DNA of 64,000 bases from Moniliella sp. 'wahieum' (Eukaryota): contig RSEE01000005.1 in NCBI GenBank assembly GCA_003971905.1, positions 1,178,001 to 1,242,000 on the forward strand. Reading direction: 5' to 3'. This document shows, piece after piece, positions 62,501 to 64,000 of this stretch. The notes beneath the pieces are model-generated. The model saw only the letters and a program-made list of their open reading frames with translations. It had not been told where the DNA came from and did not search any database. How positions within the stretch are numbered: the stretch's first letter is position 1; every line of letters starts with the position of its first letter. The position numbers and the translations under genes were made by a program.

Positions 62501-62725
62501 CGCGCCCATGGGGTGGGTGCGATCAGTCTGCTAGCCCTCTGCCACCTCATGTTGCGCGATCAGATTTATTTGCCGGCGCTGCCGGACGGAGAGGCAACCA
62601 ATGCTGGGCCGTGCCAGCGCGGTCGGGTCGGACGCAACCCCGTCACCACTGCCCGCCTCGTCGCGGTCCAGAACGCGCCGGGAGAGCCACGTCGGGCTGC
62701 GACGGTGGAACCCATTGTGTTGTAG
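59559..62725 (+). CDS. POP1: RNase P/MRP protein subunit Pop1
   Basis: RAWQQLPRELRRRAASHNVLRLPRRLR, WLETHRWHAKRFRM, VLHDASY, POPLD-like GWTLLVPRGWGMAFWKSL and C-terminal RVGTVTSAGFSLTHGRAHGVG. Multiple frameshifts. Confidence 0.92.
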
Positions 62726-63323
62726 CACCCGGCGCGGCATATGGCTGCTACTAACAGTTGATGCTGTGGGCTCTCTGTTTGTAGTCTGCCGGTAAAATAG
62801 TGATGGATTGCACTTCAAGCTTCAAGCTAAGGGATGGGAGAGAGCAGCTAGTGATAGGCACTGTCGTGGAGTGTTGTTGGGATTAAGCTTGAAGTAGCAA
62901 AGCGTACAGGCGGGCAATTTGCTGGGTTAAACGTTAAACATGCCCACTGAATACTGATCCACTAGTTTGGACCGCCAAGTCACCTTCTTTTCCTTCATCA
63001 GCCGCCACGGCACCCTACAACGCACCAAATAACCAGCCAACCGGCGGGACTGGGTCTCGGACACCGTTGCCTGTGGGCCTTTTGATAAAATTGTATGGCC
63101 CAAGTCGATTGCGAGTACTATACAGAGACCCCCACGATCGTAATTGGAGAAAAGGTATATGCTACTACCTCTCTTCCTCTCCGAGAAAGTGCAAGCTGGG
63201 CATGGTCAAAAGCAAAAACAAGGATCATGATAGTAGTACAAAGAGGGATGCTCTTCTTGGGGTGAATATTAGTTGAGACGACCCAAGGAACTGCAGGAGT
63301 GCAAGACAAAGTGACTGAATGGG

Positions 63324-64000
63324 TTAGAGTGAGTCGGTTAAACGGATCACTACCGCCCCGCCCTCGGGGTAGGTTGGGCAGGGAGAAGCGTGTGTGGCTT
63401 CGGGGAGGGACAAGATGACGGGCGGGAGCCTGGGGCACAGAGATCCATCGTCAAACGCCTGGGCGGTGGCTTGGAGTGCCCTCTGGGCTTCCGAGGCGGA
63501 AAGGGCGCCCACTCCTCTCACTGTCTCGAAACGAGAGGAGGCGGAGGTCTTTGTACGGACAGCACGCCACGGAGCGAAGGAAGATGATTTGACCAAGCGC
63601 GTCGTATCTGCCCCATCATATACCACCACCCTCCCGGTGGAACTCTGCACCCGCATCATCGCCTTTTGCCCGGCTTCCAGTCCCGTCGGATCGACAATCA
63701 AGTCGAACTTGTGCTCCCGCAGCACCGACGAGACTGCCCAGGATACTTCCCCCCCACCACCTCGTGCGCCCCATGGGCCTTGCCCTCCGCCACCGCCGTG
63801 GGGCCCATAGACCCGGGTGCATGGGCGACCAGATACAGTCCCAGCTCAGCTTGCCGTCTTCGACACGCTTGCAACGTTACCAACCCCACTCCTTGGTGGG
63901 CATGTAGAATCAGCACCCGGTCCCCTCGCTCCAACCGACAACAAAACCGCTCCACAATCTCTTCTGCCACCATCGCAGGCACTGCGAGACACGCCAGCGA
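63324..64000 (-). CDS. MDR-family oxidoreductase (quinone/enoyl reductase-like), 3' part only
   Basis: LERGDRVLILHAHQGVGLVTLQ, FDLIVDPTG, GRVVVYDG and a terminal AVVIRL. Runs off the window edge. Confidence 0.6.

Overview
GC-rich fungal genomic DNA with short GT..AG introns and CTRAC-like branch points. Gene content and low intron density suggest a basidiomycete, probably Ustilaginomycotina (inference). Most conserved genes carry scattered 1-bp frameshifts, best explained by an unpolished assembly, so gene boundaries are approximate. Recognisable genes: HEL2/ZNF598, DAD1, tRNA-Thr(TGT), SED5, CMC2-like, CYP51/ERG11, a zinc-finger transcription factor, a probably GPI-anchored heparinase II/III-like lyase, WSS1, an O-methyltransferase, ADK1, GCV3, NMNAT, a GRE2-like reductase, POP1 and a partial MDR-family oxidoreductase. 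Less ordinary: an interstitial CRE-clade-like RT/RLE non-LTR retrotransposon followed head-to-tail by two short internally deleted derivatives; three solo-LTR-like repeats bracketing CYP51; an ~11-kb gene for a giant repeat-rich protein; a Rap1-like Myb protein head-to-head with WSS1; a partial tRNA tandem duplication; and recurrent 7-bp-period palindromic motifs in intergenic DNA.
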